In this document: piece after piece, positions 24,289 through 37,714 of the stretch
Layout: the number at the start of each line of letters is the position of its first letter
How positions within the stretch are numbered: position 1 is the first letter of the stretch
Assembly (NCBI RefSeq): GCF_036321535.1
Contig: NC_087437.1
Location: forward strand, 38,318,001-38,382,000
Direction of reading: 5' to 3'
Source: Camelus dromedarius
Taxonomy: Eukaryota
Length of the DNA: 64,000 nucleotides
Notes under the pieces: model-generated
What the model was told of the DNA's origin: nothing
What the model saw: the letters and a program-made list of their open reading frames with translations, nothing else
The model's database searches: none
Position numbers and translations under genes: made by a program

Positions 24289-24612
24289 AACACATGGTTT
24301 TTTTCACTTGGTCATCCTGGATTTTAACCCTTGGCCTCAATGAAATTATTACCCAGATTTTTTCCTATCCTGCTACTCTCTTTGCTCCACATCAATTCAG
24401 ATGTGCCCTTTTTTTGATTTCCACTGGGTGATGGTGGTAACGGGTAATTTACAAGGCACGTGTATGGAACAGGGTTTACTGCAAAGTTGTGTACAGAGAG
24501 GAAATGTATAGTGTAGAAAAGTGAACTATAAAAAATTATTATCTATCAATGCTTATAAATATTCCTTGATCACCTTGTTCCTTCAAAACAGTCGGAAATT
24601 CTCATTGATTGT

Positions 24613-25019
24613 CGCTATGGACTGAATGTTTGTGTCCCCCCCAAATCCAAATTCGTATGTTTAAGGCCTAATCCCAAATGTGATGATTTGTGGAGATAGT
24701 GCCTTTGGCAGCTACTTCGGGTTAGATTAGGTCTTGAGGGTGCAATTTTCATGATGGGATTAATGCCCTTATAAAATGAGAAAGAGACAGGAGATATCTC
24801 TATCTCTGTCTGTCTGTCGTTCCACCCTCATGTCCCCATTATGGAAGGGTACAGCAATAAGGTATCCATCTACAAACCCAGAAGAAAGCACTCTCTTGCC
24901 ATAAGCTGAATCTGCCATCACCCTAACCTTGGACTTCCCAGCCTCTAGAACTGTGAGAATGGTTTTTGTTTAAACCACCCAGTCTGTGGTATTATGTTAC
25001 AGTAGCCTGAACTAAAACA
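24613..25019 (+). mobile_element. MaLR solo LTR, MLT1A0-like, full length
   Basis: GCTATGGACTGAATGTTTGTGTCCCCCC...CATGATGGGATTAATGCCCTTATAAA...GGACTTCCCAGCCTCTAGAACTGTGAGAA...GCCTGAACTAAAACA. Confidence 0.9.
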
Positions 25020-27299
25020 ACCTTCTTTCTCCATATGCTCTAATATTCTGGCATATTACATAGACTTTGTATGCTCTCTTCCACTCTTAGTATGCGCCCT
25101 GCTCCAAATCATCTTTATTACTAATCCTGAGTAAGATATATTTTACTTTTGACATTGTCCCTAAGCTTTAACTTTAAAACCATAAAGAACATTTCCACTA
25201 AAACCATATGAGAAATAATAATTTTGTATCACATGACAATAATGCAATCATACAAAAATTATCAATGTACACATTTTTGATTTTTAAATTTATTTTGATG
25301 TTACTGATCTTTGGCCAATTTATCTACATTGTAGGACATAACTGATTTATCCAAAACTGTACTATAAAATAAACAATGAAAAACTAACAGAAAAGTACAA
25401 CAATGCATCACATAGTTGATGAATTTAAATGTCCTAGAAAAGTGCTATTTTCTAGCTTATACTTTTGACAGCTGTCCTTTTCTATGTATCTGCTGAATCA
25501 GCTGTACACCTGAATTACAGATGGACAACAGAAATGATTAAGTTATTATTTGGATTAACTTAATAACCATGAGTTAAATGTGAATGTATTAATTAACCTC
25601 ATTCTTACAAAGAAAAATATAGTCTAAAATTCATAAGCATAAAAAAATCAAAATTAAATAATGTGAATTAACTTCGTATGTCTTTCCTTTTTCAAATAAA
25701 TATTTTTCATCTGAATCTATTTTTCTATCCGTCATCTATTTTTCATCTGAAAATACTTTTTCCTTTGGTGAAGTGTAAAAATAGTAGAGAATATCCTATC
25801 CAACATGCATTTATAGATCACATATCAAGTCATGTAAGTTAATATGTATGTTCACATACACACCGTTTGAATGAAATTATTTAAATACCTTCAAGAAACT
25901 GCATTTAGAATATTTACAAAATGAAGATTAAGTTTGAACTTTCCTCTCCCCTAACTGTATCATTCTCTTTGATCAGTGGATTAAATAAACACTGATCCAG
26001 CAGACTAGTTGGCTGTCCATTTTCTTCATCAGTATCCATACTGCTAACAATAGACATATTCTCCTATAACGAGAGAAGAATTATTTTTCAGGAAAATATG
26101 GCCAAGTGGCTACACTTCCCTCTCATTTCTAGACTTTGAAAATACTTATATAATTATTACTGAATTTTATGAAATGACACTTACTTCAAAAATACAAGTT
26201 TTACAAAGCATTGTCAAACAAAAATATATTCTCTTTATAACTTTATATGCATATTTCCTATTTTTAACACAAAAAAATCTGTTATCTAATATTTTAAGCA
26301 TTTATTTGACCAGTGAAAGATGGTTTACCAAAGGAATGTCACATAAATTGACCATAGATTTTTTTTTCTTTCAGTTCATCAGCTGAAAATTCTCTACTGA
26401 CTATAATGCCCATATTTCATGCACATACCACTGATGGTTGTGTTAGTTAGTCCTCTCAAATCTCTAACACTCTAATGCAGGAGCAGTTATTTAAAATTTT
26501 AAAAAGCAACTTGCCACTTAGTGACATAAAATGACTTCATTCTGAAACTGCCATCTTAAGGCAGGTTCTGTAGTGTTAAAAAAAAAAAACCCACAATGTT
26601 GCAAGATTTTAAGTGTTTTGGCCTTTTCCAATTCTTCAAAATAGCCATTAGATTTCCTTTTGACTTTTAAGAACTGACCAAGATGATCTTTTCCCTTAAA
26701 ATTTGTCCATTAAAAGGTCAAAAAAACCATGGAGACCACTTAAGAAGCTGTATAGGTTAGGCACTTTGTTTTAAGAGCTGTTATTAAGAAAATTATCTAT
26801 GTAAGATGATGCATATTCCTCAATTTATAGAAATTATTGTATCTTCTTCAGAGTTATTTGAATAGTCTCTCTTTCTGCAAGAATAAAAAAGTATCATTGA
26901 AGTTGGGGCTTAGAAAGTTCAAAAATAAGTCCTTTATTTACTGTCAGGGTTTTAAATGCATATATTGTACCAGACTGTAAAGGAGTTTAAATCTAGCTAC
27001 TAAATCTTTAAAATTACAGTCCACCAATAATTTTAAGCATTACTGAAGAACTTAGACTGTGATCCATCTTACTCTCACTGCATGGTGCACAACTGCACAA
27101 ATGCCTATGTTCTAGTATCAAGCAGTGCCATGAAAACTGGTTCTCTACATCTCCTCCTCTGTGCTTTCCAACATATCAAAAACAGGTGCAGCTGTGTGTG
27201 CCTGTAGATTGCTAGGAAATTTGGAAATCTGTACTCATTCTTCATGTCTTTCTTTAAACTGTTGACTGAGAAACTGAAATTTATTTTCTCTGAGGAATA

Positions 27300-28200
27300 T
27301 CACCTACTTTCCTCTTTTTGTCTCCTTTTCTCTACTCTGTGGCACTGTATAAACTCCAGCTTTGTCAGACTAACATGTATTGATCATCTTTTAGTCACAG
27401 CTTAAGCATTACTTTTCCCATAATGGCATAAATGACAAATTATGCTTATACACTCTCACAGCATATTATATTTCTCTTTTTTGGTATGGATCATCCTTAA
27501 TTTAATTGTTCATTGGCCATTTTTCATGCTACATTTTAAACTTTTTGAGGTCATGAACTACTTTTTTTCCATTGTATCCCCAGGATCTAGTTCAAAGCCT
27601 AGAATATAGTAGGTGCTGAAAATGATTTGTTGATTAAGTAAATTGTCTAATGATCTTCAGGCGTCTTTAGGCTCCCTTCTTTTGGTAGTTCCCTAAACAC
27701 TTGTTGTACTTTTTCCTCTGCTTCTCTTGATGCTCCAACTTACTCTCTTTTTTCTGAGTTCTCATGTTCTATGCAGATTGTTGTATGATGAATTTAGCAG
27801 TGCCCTCCTTGTCTTAGTTCATCTTTTCTTCTTCCTCCTTATTTTATTCTTAGATGACTCATTCCTAATCTTACTACAATTACTACCCATAGGCCCAATA
27901 TTCTCACTGTACAAGAACTATGTGTATATGCATCCCCATGTATGTCCTGCAAGGAATTAAAACCACAAAAGCTCAAAACTGATTTTATGTTGTCTCTTGT
28001 AAATCTATTCATCATATTCTGTAGCTATTAGATGATAGTTCCATTAATTTTATGGTCTAGAAAAATAATCCCATGTATCTTATCAATCTACCGTCTTTTT
28101 TATTTTACTTTTTAATATCTTTTGATTTCATTTTTTTCATTCCTACTGACTTCAAACTAGAATGGACCATCACATCATCCTTATAACCACTTCCTGTCAT
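27300..28200 (+). mobile_element. Degenerate L2 fragments
   Basis: CCATTGTATCCCCAGGATCTAGTTCAAAGCCTAGAATATAGTAGGTGCTG...TTTGTTGATT (L2 3' end near 27640), followed by pyrimidine-rich L2-like body. Confidence 0.55.
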
Positions 28201-28547
28201 ATTCATTTTTAATATAAATAGAGTGAGGTTTGGAAGAATGGATCTGCTTGTTGGGATTTTAAATATAAATGGTTTGTTAGCAGTTCAAGATAAAAATATC
28301 AAGCAAGTGCTGCTCAAGAAGAGAATGGTCCAAACATTCAAAAACATTCATTGAAGGCACACTACTAGAAAGAAGACTGACATTTTAGGGCAGAAGATAA
28401 AGGAAGCAAAACAATTAAAGAATAGTGAGTGTAAGTGAATGTTAATTAGAGTCAAATACATGAAAGGTTCTTTGCCTCAGGGCCTGTGATGGGGAGGGGA
28501 GGGTGAGAAGTTATTATGAAAATTTTATTATCCATACATAATTCTAA

Positions 28548-31340
28548 TTCAAGATGGCAAACTGAGCATATAAAACTTAATCTATTTTTCTATTAAAATC
28601 CCATATAAGTAAGATAAATACAAAATTAAATCTGTAATAGTCAAGTCAGAATGTTACCATTAAAAAGTATCATTTTGAACAAATTTTAGGAATATGAACA
28701 GTGGATGTGAGTTTATAGATGGATGAAACAAAGCAAGAAGCTGGCTTCTATAACATAGGCAAGAGAAGACTGAAGTGAAATTGGGAGCCTGTCTTTTCAG
28801 AATCCTTGAGAGGCTTGGAGTCAAGAGATGCAAAGAGAAGTGAAAAGTAAAGGCAGTAGATTGAGTGATTAACTGAAGATCTGTGCACAAACAACTTGAT
28901 CTTTATTTCACTCCTTCCCAGCACTGCAGTCCTCCTTTTGATCTCTAGGCAAAAGTTCTGAGGAAACTGAACAAACAACTTCAGGGGTGCAAGGAGTTTA
29001 GTGTGAGTTCTGCAGAGTAAAGGTCTCCCTGCTTTTACATCTTGGGGGCTCAGTTTGCTCGTCGGCCACCTCCGTATACACCGTAAAGTGAAGCATGCTG
29101 GGAAAAATACTCTATATAAGGATAGGTATTAAACTTCTGGCTACTTATTCAAACAGCAAAGGAGACTCCTGCCTACTATTATTTTAATCAGCCTATTCTT
29201 TCCATTTTAAGTATAAATGTCCAAAACAAGTGTCAACAAATACATACAGATACAACATGAAAGAGAAAACACCAAAAGGAACAGTGAAAATTCAATTAAG
29301 GAGAATTTTTACAAAATAATTAACATCCACAGGCAGTATTTTTTTTTAAAGATAAACTCTGTTAACAAAATAAAAACACCAAAGAAAGAAGAGGAATAAA
29401 ATAACCATCTGATATTAGTAATGCCATTTTTAATATGAAGAGTTAACTAGGACGGTTAGGAGACTGACTTAAAGAGTCTAGAATATAGCAGACAAGTAAA
29501 GAAATGGGAAATGCAAGAGAAGAACAAGTACAGAGGCACCTATCTAATAGTACAGCAAAGAAAACAGACGGGATATGGAAGTTATTAATAAAAGTTAAAG
29601 AAGTTCTTTTGAACCAAAGGAAAAAAATAAACTTAAAATTAAAACAATCCACTGAGTAGGATGAATTAATAGAAATAAAACTACCTGTGGCATTGCAGAA
29701 CACCAGGCATAAAACAGACAATGCTAAAAGATCAAAAGTAAAACTAAGACAAAAAAGGAGAAATACTAGGAAAGAATGAAATCAGATTAGCATCAGTCTT
29801 CTCATAAACAAATTATTTTCTATCTAGAATTTTAAAATGTAAATGATACATATATATAGACACAGATATCTCTAATATATATACACACAAACACAAATAC
29901 ATACATACACATTCATAAAGAGCAAATAAAAGATGCAGCCAAGAAAAAGGGAAATAGGAGATGTGGAAAACAGCAGATCTAATACAGAATTATAGTGTAG
30001 GAAAATGCAGTACTGAGCTTAATTAAAGTTTTGAAGCAAGTCTTCTTCTGCAAGTCTGCTACAAACTGGAGAAGAAAACAAGAAGGTTCCAAAGGAGGAC
30101 ACCTTGGTGAGAATACCAATCATGATTTAGAGAGTAAGACTGATGATGCACATAAACTTGAGGATATGATCAAGGAAACGTCTATCAACAGCACACAATG
30201 GAGTAACAAAATCATTTTCAAAAGGACTTAGAAACAAGATTAAAAAGTGTACAAAAGACTCATGGCCAAATAGGAAGAAAATTAAAATGTGGTATGGTTT
30301 TGCACAATTGACAGAATGTGAAAGAGGCTAATCCCTGTAACTTTGAACATCTTCTTTTGCTTTTAATCAGAATAATGACATTGCAGTTGGGAACAATATT
30401 TACGTAGTAATAATCAATTATTTTCATTTTTTAATCAACCTCTAGGAAAACATCATTTTGTATTTAATTATGGCTACTGTGCAGCATTCAGTAACAGCAA
30501 TGACAGACACTTAAAAGACAAAGTTCTTTATGTCTATGAAAGCATTTTTATTAAAAGATGAAAATCAAAAGGATATGAATATCTACACATAAAGAAGCAA
30601 TTACATAAAACTAGACAATGTGCATATTCCCAGTTCCATGACTCTTGGAACCCCTTAAGGGACCACAGACGACAGTTACTATCGGGACCAATAAGTACTT
30701 TGAAAAGCTCTGTTTTGCCATTCTCAGATTTTCTTTTTCTACCCACCTGGCCCATCCTGTCTGATCTGCAGATTCTGAGCCTGTCTGCTTAAATGTCAGG
30801 TAACTAATGCAAACCAAACTCAGTACGTTTGGGCGTGCCTCGATTGAGACCAGCTGAATAAAAATGCATCCTGGGCATTCCTAGCTTCTAGCAGGACCAC
30901 CCTTGAAAGCTGAATGCAAGTATTGTTAATATTATCAATATTAAAATAATAATATAGTTAAGTGAACCTGTGAAGTAGAAATGAGGAGTAGATGTGGAAA
31001 GGGAAATCTAGGATGATAATAGCCATATATCAAGAGACAGTGTCTGAACCTAATAGAATAAAATATGGAAATTGAAATGTATTATGAAATGTTAAAAAAG
31101 AGTTTAAAATAACAGGACAATATAATGATAAAAAATATAGAAGGAATGAAATTTATGTAAGAGAAATCTGCACCCATCCTATTATAGCATTAATAAAATC
31201 TTTAGGTAACAAAATCAAGAAAGAGACTCATAAACATTATTTAGAGCTACACAAGGAGCCTCACTGGGAAAAGAAGAGTGAATATAGGAATGCTGGGGTA
31301 ATTGATCCCTATTTTAAGGTTAAGTTATTCCGGGTAAATT
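28548..31340 (+). mobile_element. HAL1 / ancient L1-like element (5' region, ORF1 remnant, 3' region)
   Basis: TTCAAGATGGCAAACTGAGCA start; AAATCAGATTAGCATCAGTCTTCTCA ORF1-type motif; GCCAAGAAAAAGGGAAATAGGAGATGTGGAAAACAGCAGATCTAATACAG; A-rich sense strand. Confidence 0.6.
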
Positions 31341-31355
31341 TTTCTTTACCATGTT

Positions 31356-31790
31356 ATATCACTTAGTTACTTTTTCAGTAATGCTGTATAACAAAGACCT
31401 GCAAAATCAGTGGCATTAAAAACAATAAATACTTATTTCTTGCTAACATAGTTGCAGTTTAGCTAGTGTGACTCTACCCTGGGCTCTGTTGGGCTAAATA
31501 TGTATCATTCTGGAGGCCAAACTGTAGTCAGCTGCTACCCATGGTGTCCTTCTTATTGAGATGGCAGAAGCACAAGAGAACAATGTCAGTCATATAAGCA
31601 CATACTAAACCTCTACAAACATCATGCCCACTAACATCCCTTTGGCTCAAACAAGACAAATGGCCTAGGTCCATGTCAGGGGGCTGGGACTTCCCATTCT
31701 CCACTATGAGACTCTGGCAAGGGTGTGTACACATAATTTTATATAGGGAAGTGAAGAATCAGGACCAATAAATTAAATTTAACCATACAT
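31356..31790 (-). mobile_element. Old MaLR LTR (MLT1J/K-like)
   Basis: GTAATGCTGTATAACAAA...AAATCAGTGGCATTAAAAACAATAAATACTTATTTCTTGCT...CCACTAACATCCCTTTGGC. Confidence 0.7.
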
Positions 31791-31849
31791 GTCCATAAAT
31801 TACTTTGAAGAAAATAATACTTTTTAAAATTTAATGTAAAGAAATACAT

Positions 31850-32330
31850 CTTGTCATGTCACTGCTCTGACCAAAACCTTTCAATGCCTTCTATTTTCAA
31901 CCAAATAAAAGAATTCAAAAAATTAGCATGTCCTGAAAGACATCACACAATGTGGCTTTTAGATATCTGGTTTCATTTGGCAAAAGTCAGCCTTATTTGT
32001 GAATCACATCAAATCGCTCTTTAGTCTTCCTTTACATGTATGCTGTCTCATTCTGCCTGACCTGCTACCTACACATGCTCTCAGCTAGTTAAGTCTTAGC
32101 CGTTCTTTGAGTACTGCTTGGCTTTAGATTAATGATTTGTTGTGACTGCTGGTTGTTCTAGCTTTTATCCTGTACTCCTCATATGAAATGATCAATTATC
32201 ATTAAATGATTTGTTTAGGGACTTTTCTTCCTTGTTAAGCTATTGGGTTCATAGGGAAATGATCTTTCCCGGACCACACATCACCAGGATGAAATCTACT
32301 GCATGGCATGTATTTATAGAGTGAATAGTC
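31850..32330 (+). mobile_element. L2 fragment
   Basis: TCATGTCACTGCTCTGACCAAAACCTTTCAATG...TTTACATGTATGCTGTCTCATTCTGCCTG. Confidence 0.55.
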
Positions 32331-32904
32331 TATCAGGATTTTCAGTATACAAAATTTATTCATTTCTACCTGGACAAGTTCCATCAAAAAGTGGAGGATA
32401 AAAAAAACAACTCCCTTAAAAATGTTTTATTTAAGCAGGTAGTACTATCTATGTTTAATCTGTGTTTGTTATATTGGTTAATTACTATTTTTTTAATTCA
32501 TGCATTAGCAGAATACTTATTAACTATTAACTACATTCACCTTGTAAATTATTGAATACAACTTGTTGAAAATGCAGACTTTAGAAAGATGTCAATGTAT
32601 ATACAGTTTTAATAAAATAGTGTTGAGGTACTACTGAAATGCAAACTGTATTAAAAAATCAGTAATAGTATTTAGGGTACTTGTTTATCTCAAACTACTA
32701 TCCAAACAAATTAAATATGGTAGATGCTCCTGTGTGCTGTTACTTCCCTCTATATAAGTAAACATAAATAGTCAAAACAAATTGATTCCATCCCCCACTT
32801 CCCCACACACTTTACCATAAAAAAATTTTTAAATTATAATCATGCAATATACAATTTATCTGTTTGTGCCTTAATTATAACACTAAACTAAGAGTTGGAC
32901 CATT

Positions 32905-33270
32905 TTCATTTTCTCATCTGTTTAACAAAGATTTATTGAGGACTGTTTATGTAGAAGCTTTGTTAAGCATTTGCGATAGGGGTTAGAGTAATGAACAAAA
33001 TGGACAAAGATCCTACCCTCAGAGAACTCATTCTCGTGGGGAGACACAGAGAGAGAAAGAACAGACATGTATATGCACACTGTAACATCAGTCAGCAATA
33101 ATTTCTATGAAAGACAGTAAGAGTGATAAGAACAATCTTTGACAGAGACAAATAGGAAGGCTTCTCTGAGATGATATTCCAGAAACGATTCTGCAGACAG
33201 GAGTGAGCTATGTGAGTAACTGGGGGAACAGCACCGCAGACATGATGTTGAAAGCACCTGTGAGAAACTG
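32905..33270 (-). mobile_element. L2 3' end (antisense)
   Basis: TTTAACAAAGATTTATTGAGGACTG...ATGAACAAAATGGACAAAGATCCTACCCTCAGAGAACTCATTCT...GGAAGGCTTCTCTGAG. Confidence 0.75.
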
Positions 33271-34179
33271 AAGATTCAAACTTCATAAATTAAATCAAAA
33301 TATTCACTAAAGAAAGTCATTAAAAATTGAATTAAAATGACCAAAAGTATTAATGAACTCATATCAGAGGGTTAATGGATAAATAACAATCGTTTCTGTT
33401 TTATATGGGATTGTAAAAGACTCAAAACTCTTGAAGGGTATTTAAAGGAATATGAAACATCTGTCACTGTGATCCTCTCTTGTCTTACTTGGTAAGCAAT
33501 GGAAAAGAGAAGGATTTTTGAAAGCTACTTAAGTTGTTAAAAACTAATTAAAATTCTAGAGAAAAATAGGTCTTTTTTTAAACATTGAACCATTAGAATA
33601 TGAGGAATTTGAAATTGAGTAAATATGAAAACACTACACATTGAAATCTAAACAAACCAGAAGCCTTACTACAGCTGCTATATTATCCCTGACATTCCCC
33701 CACTGACTATACAACTATTCAATTTTTATCATCACAGTATTTATGCACACTTACAAAGATGCTGTAGTAATTTGGTGATTTACATCATGTTCTTTTATAT
33801 TTAATTGGTTTTTCACTTCATATGAGAAAATAACTGTTCCACTGACCAATTCAGTGCATGGATAAGCATGTTTCAAATGATGAGACTGGAGTCCCAAGAC
33901 TAAAGAGAGAGAATAAAAAAGATTGAAGAATATTTATGACAAAGAGATTGAGGAAAGGAGAAAATTAAAAATTGAGTAGCTTCAAATATATACAATGTGA
34001 ATGAATACAAAGAGCTTATTTGAAGCAAAGGAATTCTCTGTTAGGGATTTTATGAATTTAAAAAGTGATTAAGTGAGATTAGGCAACTAATAAAGCAAAT
34101 GAAGAGAGAAAAAATAAGCAGATAACAGCAGTATCATAAAGATAACTCAGCTATAAAGACCATACAGTGTTTCTTGTTT

Positions 34180-34900
34180 AGGATGATGGACATAACATGT
34201 GTTCATCCACATTCTCTTACAAATAAATATGCCATTGAGATGATGGCAATTTAATAAAAAGGTAAAAGTTGCAAGAAGAAAGAGAACTGAAAGGGTCTAA
34301 CAGTGGATGAAATATCTCAAAAGCATTTTGTAAGATGAAAGGCACATAAAAAACAATGATGACTAAAATTTGAGGCACAGGTAAGGAACTCAAAATTTAT
34401 GTGAAAAGCAGGAGGTCATTTGCTCTGCAGAGTCTGCAGGAGCCCAGGTACTAAGAAACTCTAAGTCTGACAGATGGCAGGAGTGACATGTAAGACTGAA
34501 TTGCAATTAAAGATCTATAAATGCACCAGCATCCCTCTCCTCCCCCCAAAACACGCACACAGCAACATCATGAGATGAATGTCCACTCACTGAGATTCAT
34601 TTATACAAAAGTAGATTAAACTCTGGGAATAAATTGTGCAGATAATGTGGACACTCATCACCCAGATCTCACAATATACCGATTTATGGGCTCCAAGACA
34701 AATATTTACTTCTCCACTTTATTAAAAATAATCAGACGTTGAGGTACAATTAACTATTCTTTCATTGTAATTTATAAGGCAATAAAGAATCATATGACAC
34801 CCAAGGAAAGCTTGCAACATGAAGGGGAAAAAACAAAATAAATACACAGAAAAAATTACTCCTTAAAAATATAAATTATTCAAAGAACACAGGAGAACAA
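34180..34900 (+). mobile_element. HAL1/L1ME-like 5' region remnant
   Basis: A-rich segment resembling 28550-29300 (AACAGTGGATG; GCAACATGAAGGGGAAAA). Confidence 0.4.
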
Positions 34901-35400
34901 GAAAACAAATGCAAATCATCCAATTATCACATGACTTTTTGTTTATGTTTGTTTTGATATTGCATCCACTAAATAAATTTCTAGGAAACAGAAATACCAG
35001 TAAAAGAAAGGGTCTTGGGAAATTAAAAAAAAAAAAAGATTCTAACAAATGGTGCTGGAACATTTGGACATTCACACGCAAACAAACAAACAAAAAAACA
35101 AACAAACAAACAAAAAAACAAAAACCTAGACCCAGATTTTACATCCTTTGTGAAAATTAACTCAAAGTAGATCAGAGTCTTACATGTAAAATGTAAACTA
35201 AAAAAGTCCTAGAAAATAACAAAAGAGAAAATCTAGATAACTGAATATGTCAGACTTTTTAGATACACCACCAAAGACACAATCAACGAAAGAAATGATT
35301 GATAAATGGACCTTATTAAAATTGAGAACTTCCAATCTGTGACAATGTCCAGAGAATTAGAAGACAAACTACAGAGTGAAAGAAAATATTTATAAAAGAT

Positions 35401-37148
35401 GCCACTGAAATTTTGACAGGAATTGAATTAAATCTGTTGATGGCTTTGGACAGCATGGACATATTAACAATATTCATTCTTTCAATCCATGCACATTGGA
35501 TAACCTTCCATTTGTTTGTGTCTTCTTCAGTTTCTTTCATGAAAGTCTTAGTTTTCATTGCACAGATCTTTCACCTTCTTGGTTAAATTTATTCCTAAGT
35601 AATTCACTGTTTTTGATGTTTTTGTGAATAGGAGAGTTTTATTTATTTATTTTTCAATTTTTTTGTTGTTGTTAGTGTACAGAAACACAACTGATTTCTA
35701 TATATTGATTTAATATCATACAACTTTATTTAATTTGTTGATTAATTCCAATAGGTTTTTTTGGTTGCATCATTAGGATTTTCTATATATCAAAACATAT
35801 CTGCAAATAATGAAAATTTTACTTCTTCCTTTCCAATTTGGTTGCCTTTTATTTCTCTGTCTTGCCTAATTGCTCTAGATAGGATTTCTAGTACTATGCT
35901 ACATAAGAGTGGTGAGAGTGAGCAACTTTTTCTTGTTCTTGATCTTGGAGGAAAAGTTTTTAATCTTTCACCATTGAGTATGATGTCAACTGTGGATTTG
36001 TTACATATGGCCTTTACAATACTGAGTTATGTCCCTTCTATTCCCAAGATGTTGAGGATTTTTATCATGAAAGGATGTTCTATTTTGTACATACATAAAT
36101 ACTTTTTCTGCATTCATTGAGATGATCGTTTGATTTTTATCTTTCATTCTGTTAATGGGGTACACATTTTTAGATGTGCATATCTTGAACCATTTTGAAT
36201 TCATTTGCTAACTTTTTAGAGAATTTTTGTTCTATATTCATAAGGAGTATTAATTTATAGTTTTCTTTTCACAGAAGGAGTAAAACAATGCTAAAATTTG
36301 TATGGAACCACAAAAGACTCTACATAACTCAAACAATCCAAAGAAAGAAAAAGGTCAGAGGCATCATGCTTTCTGATTTCAAACTGTATTACAAAGCTAC
36401 CATAATCAAATACTATGATGATGGGATAAAAATGGATCCATAGACCAACGGAACAAAGTAGAGAAATAAACTGCTACATATATGGTCAACAAGGGTGCCA
36501 AGAGCACTCAATGGGGAAAAAATAGTCTCTTCAATAAATGGTATTGGGAAAACTGGATAGCCACATGCAGAAAAATGAAACTGGTACCCTATCTCACACC
36601 ACCCACAAAACTAACTCAAAATACATTAAAGATGTAAACATAAGCCCTGATGCTGACTAGAGGAAAATATAAGGAAGAAGCTCCCTGACACTGGTCTTGG
36701 CATATTTTTTGGATATAACAGCAAAAGCACAAGCAATAAAAGCAAAAATCAACAAGTGGAGCAACATCAAACTAAAATGCTTCTGCACAACAAAGGAAAT
36801 AATCAATAAAATGGAAAAGAAACCTACAACCTATAGAATAGGAGAAAATATTTTCAAATCAGATATAAGGGGTTAATATAAAAATATATAAAAACTCACA
36901 CAGTTCAATAACATAAAAAGCAAAGTCCAATTAAAAAGTAGCCTGAGGAACTCCATGTACATTTTTCCAAAGAACACATCCAAATGACTAACAAGTACAT
37001 GAAAAGATGTTCAGTGTCACTAATCATTAGAAATGCAAGTCAAAACCATAAAAAGCCTCACACCTGTTAGAATGGCTAACACCAAAAAACACAAGGGGAA
37101 ACAAGTGTTGGTGAAGATATGGAGAAAATGGAAGCCCTGTGCACTGTG

Positions 37149-37184
<36 letters not shown>

Positions 37185-37714
37185 GTACACATATATATGT
37201 ATATATGTGTTTGTTTCCAATACACAATGGAATATTACTCAACCATGAGGGAGAAGGAAATCCTGGTACTTGTAACAATTTGGTTGGATTTTGAAGGCAT
37301 TATGCTAAGAGAGATAAGTCGTATAGAGAAAGGTACACTGTATAACTTACATATGGAATCTAAAAAAGCTGGACTGAAAGAAACAGAGTAGAATGGTGGT
37401 TACTGGGGGCTGGGGTGTGGGGGAATTGGGGAGATGCTGTTATGGGGTACAAACTAGTACATAAATAAGTTATGGAGACATAGTGGAGAGCATAGTGATT
37501 ATAGCCAACAATACTAAATTAAAAACTTTAAAGTTGCTGAGAGACTAGAATGTAATTGTTTTCACTACACAAAAAAACAATAATTATGTAATGTGATTGA
37601 GGTGTTATCTTATGCTACAGTGGAAATCATATTGCAATATATAAATATATCACAGCAACACTGTACACCTTAAACCTACACAATGTTTGATGTCAATTAT
37701 ATATCAATAAAAAA
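35401..37714 (+). mobile_element. L1MA9-like element with 5' inversion (antisense 35401-about 36264, sense about 36265-37714)
   Basis: Antisense ORF2 (minus ORFs contain KEEDTNKWK-like and MIISxxAEK-like motifs: 'EEDTNKWKVIQCAWIERMNIVNMSML', 'TIISMNAEKVF'); sense ORF2 end and 3' UTR ending TGTCAATTATATATCAATAAAAAA; short TSD AAAAGAT. Confidence 0.88.
37151..37206. repeat. (TA)n microsatellite inside L1
   Basis: TA run at 37153-37181 plus degenerate TA/TG. Confidence 0.9.

Noticed and set aside
35316..37391. ORFs with L1 ORF2 motifs
   Set aside because: Disrupted L1 fossils, not host genes
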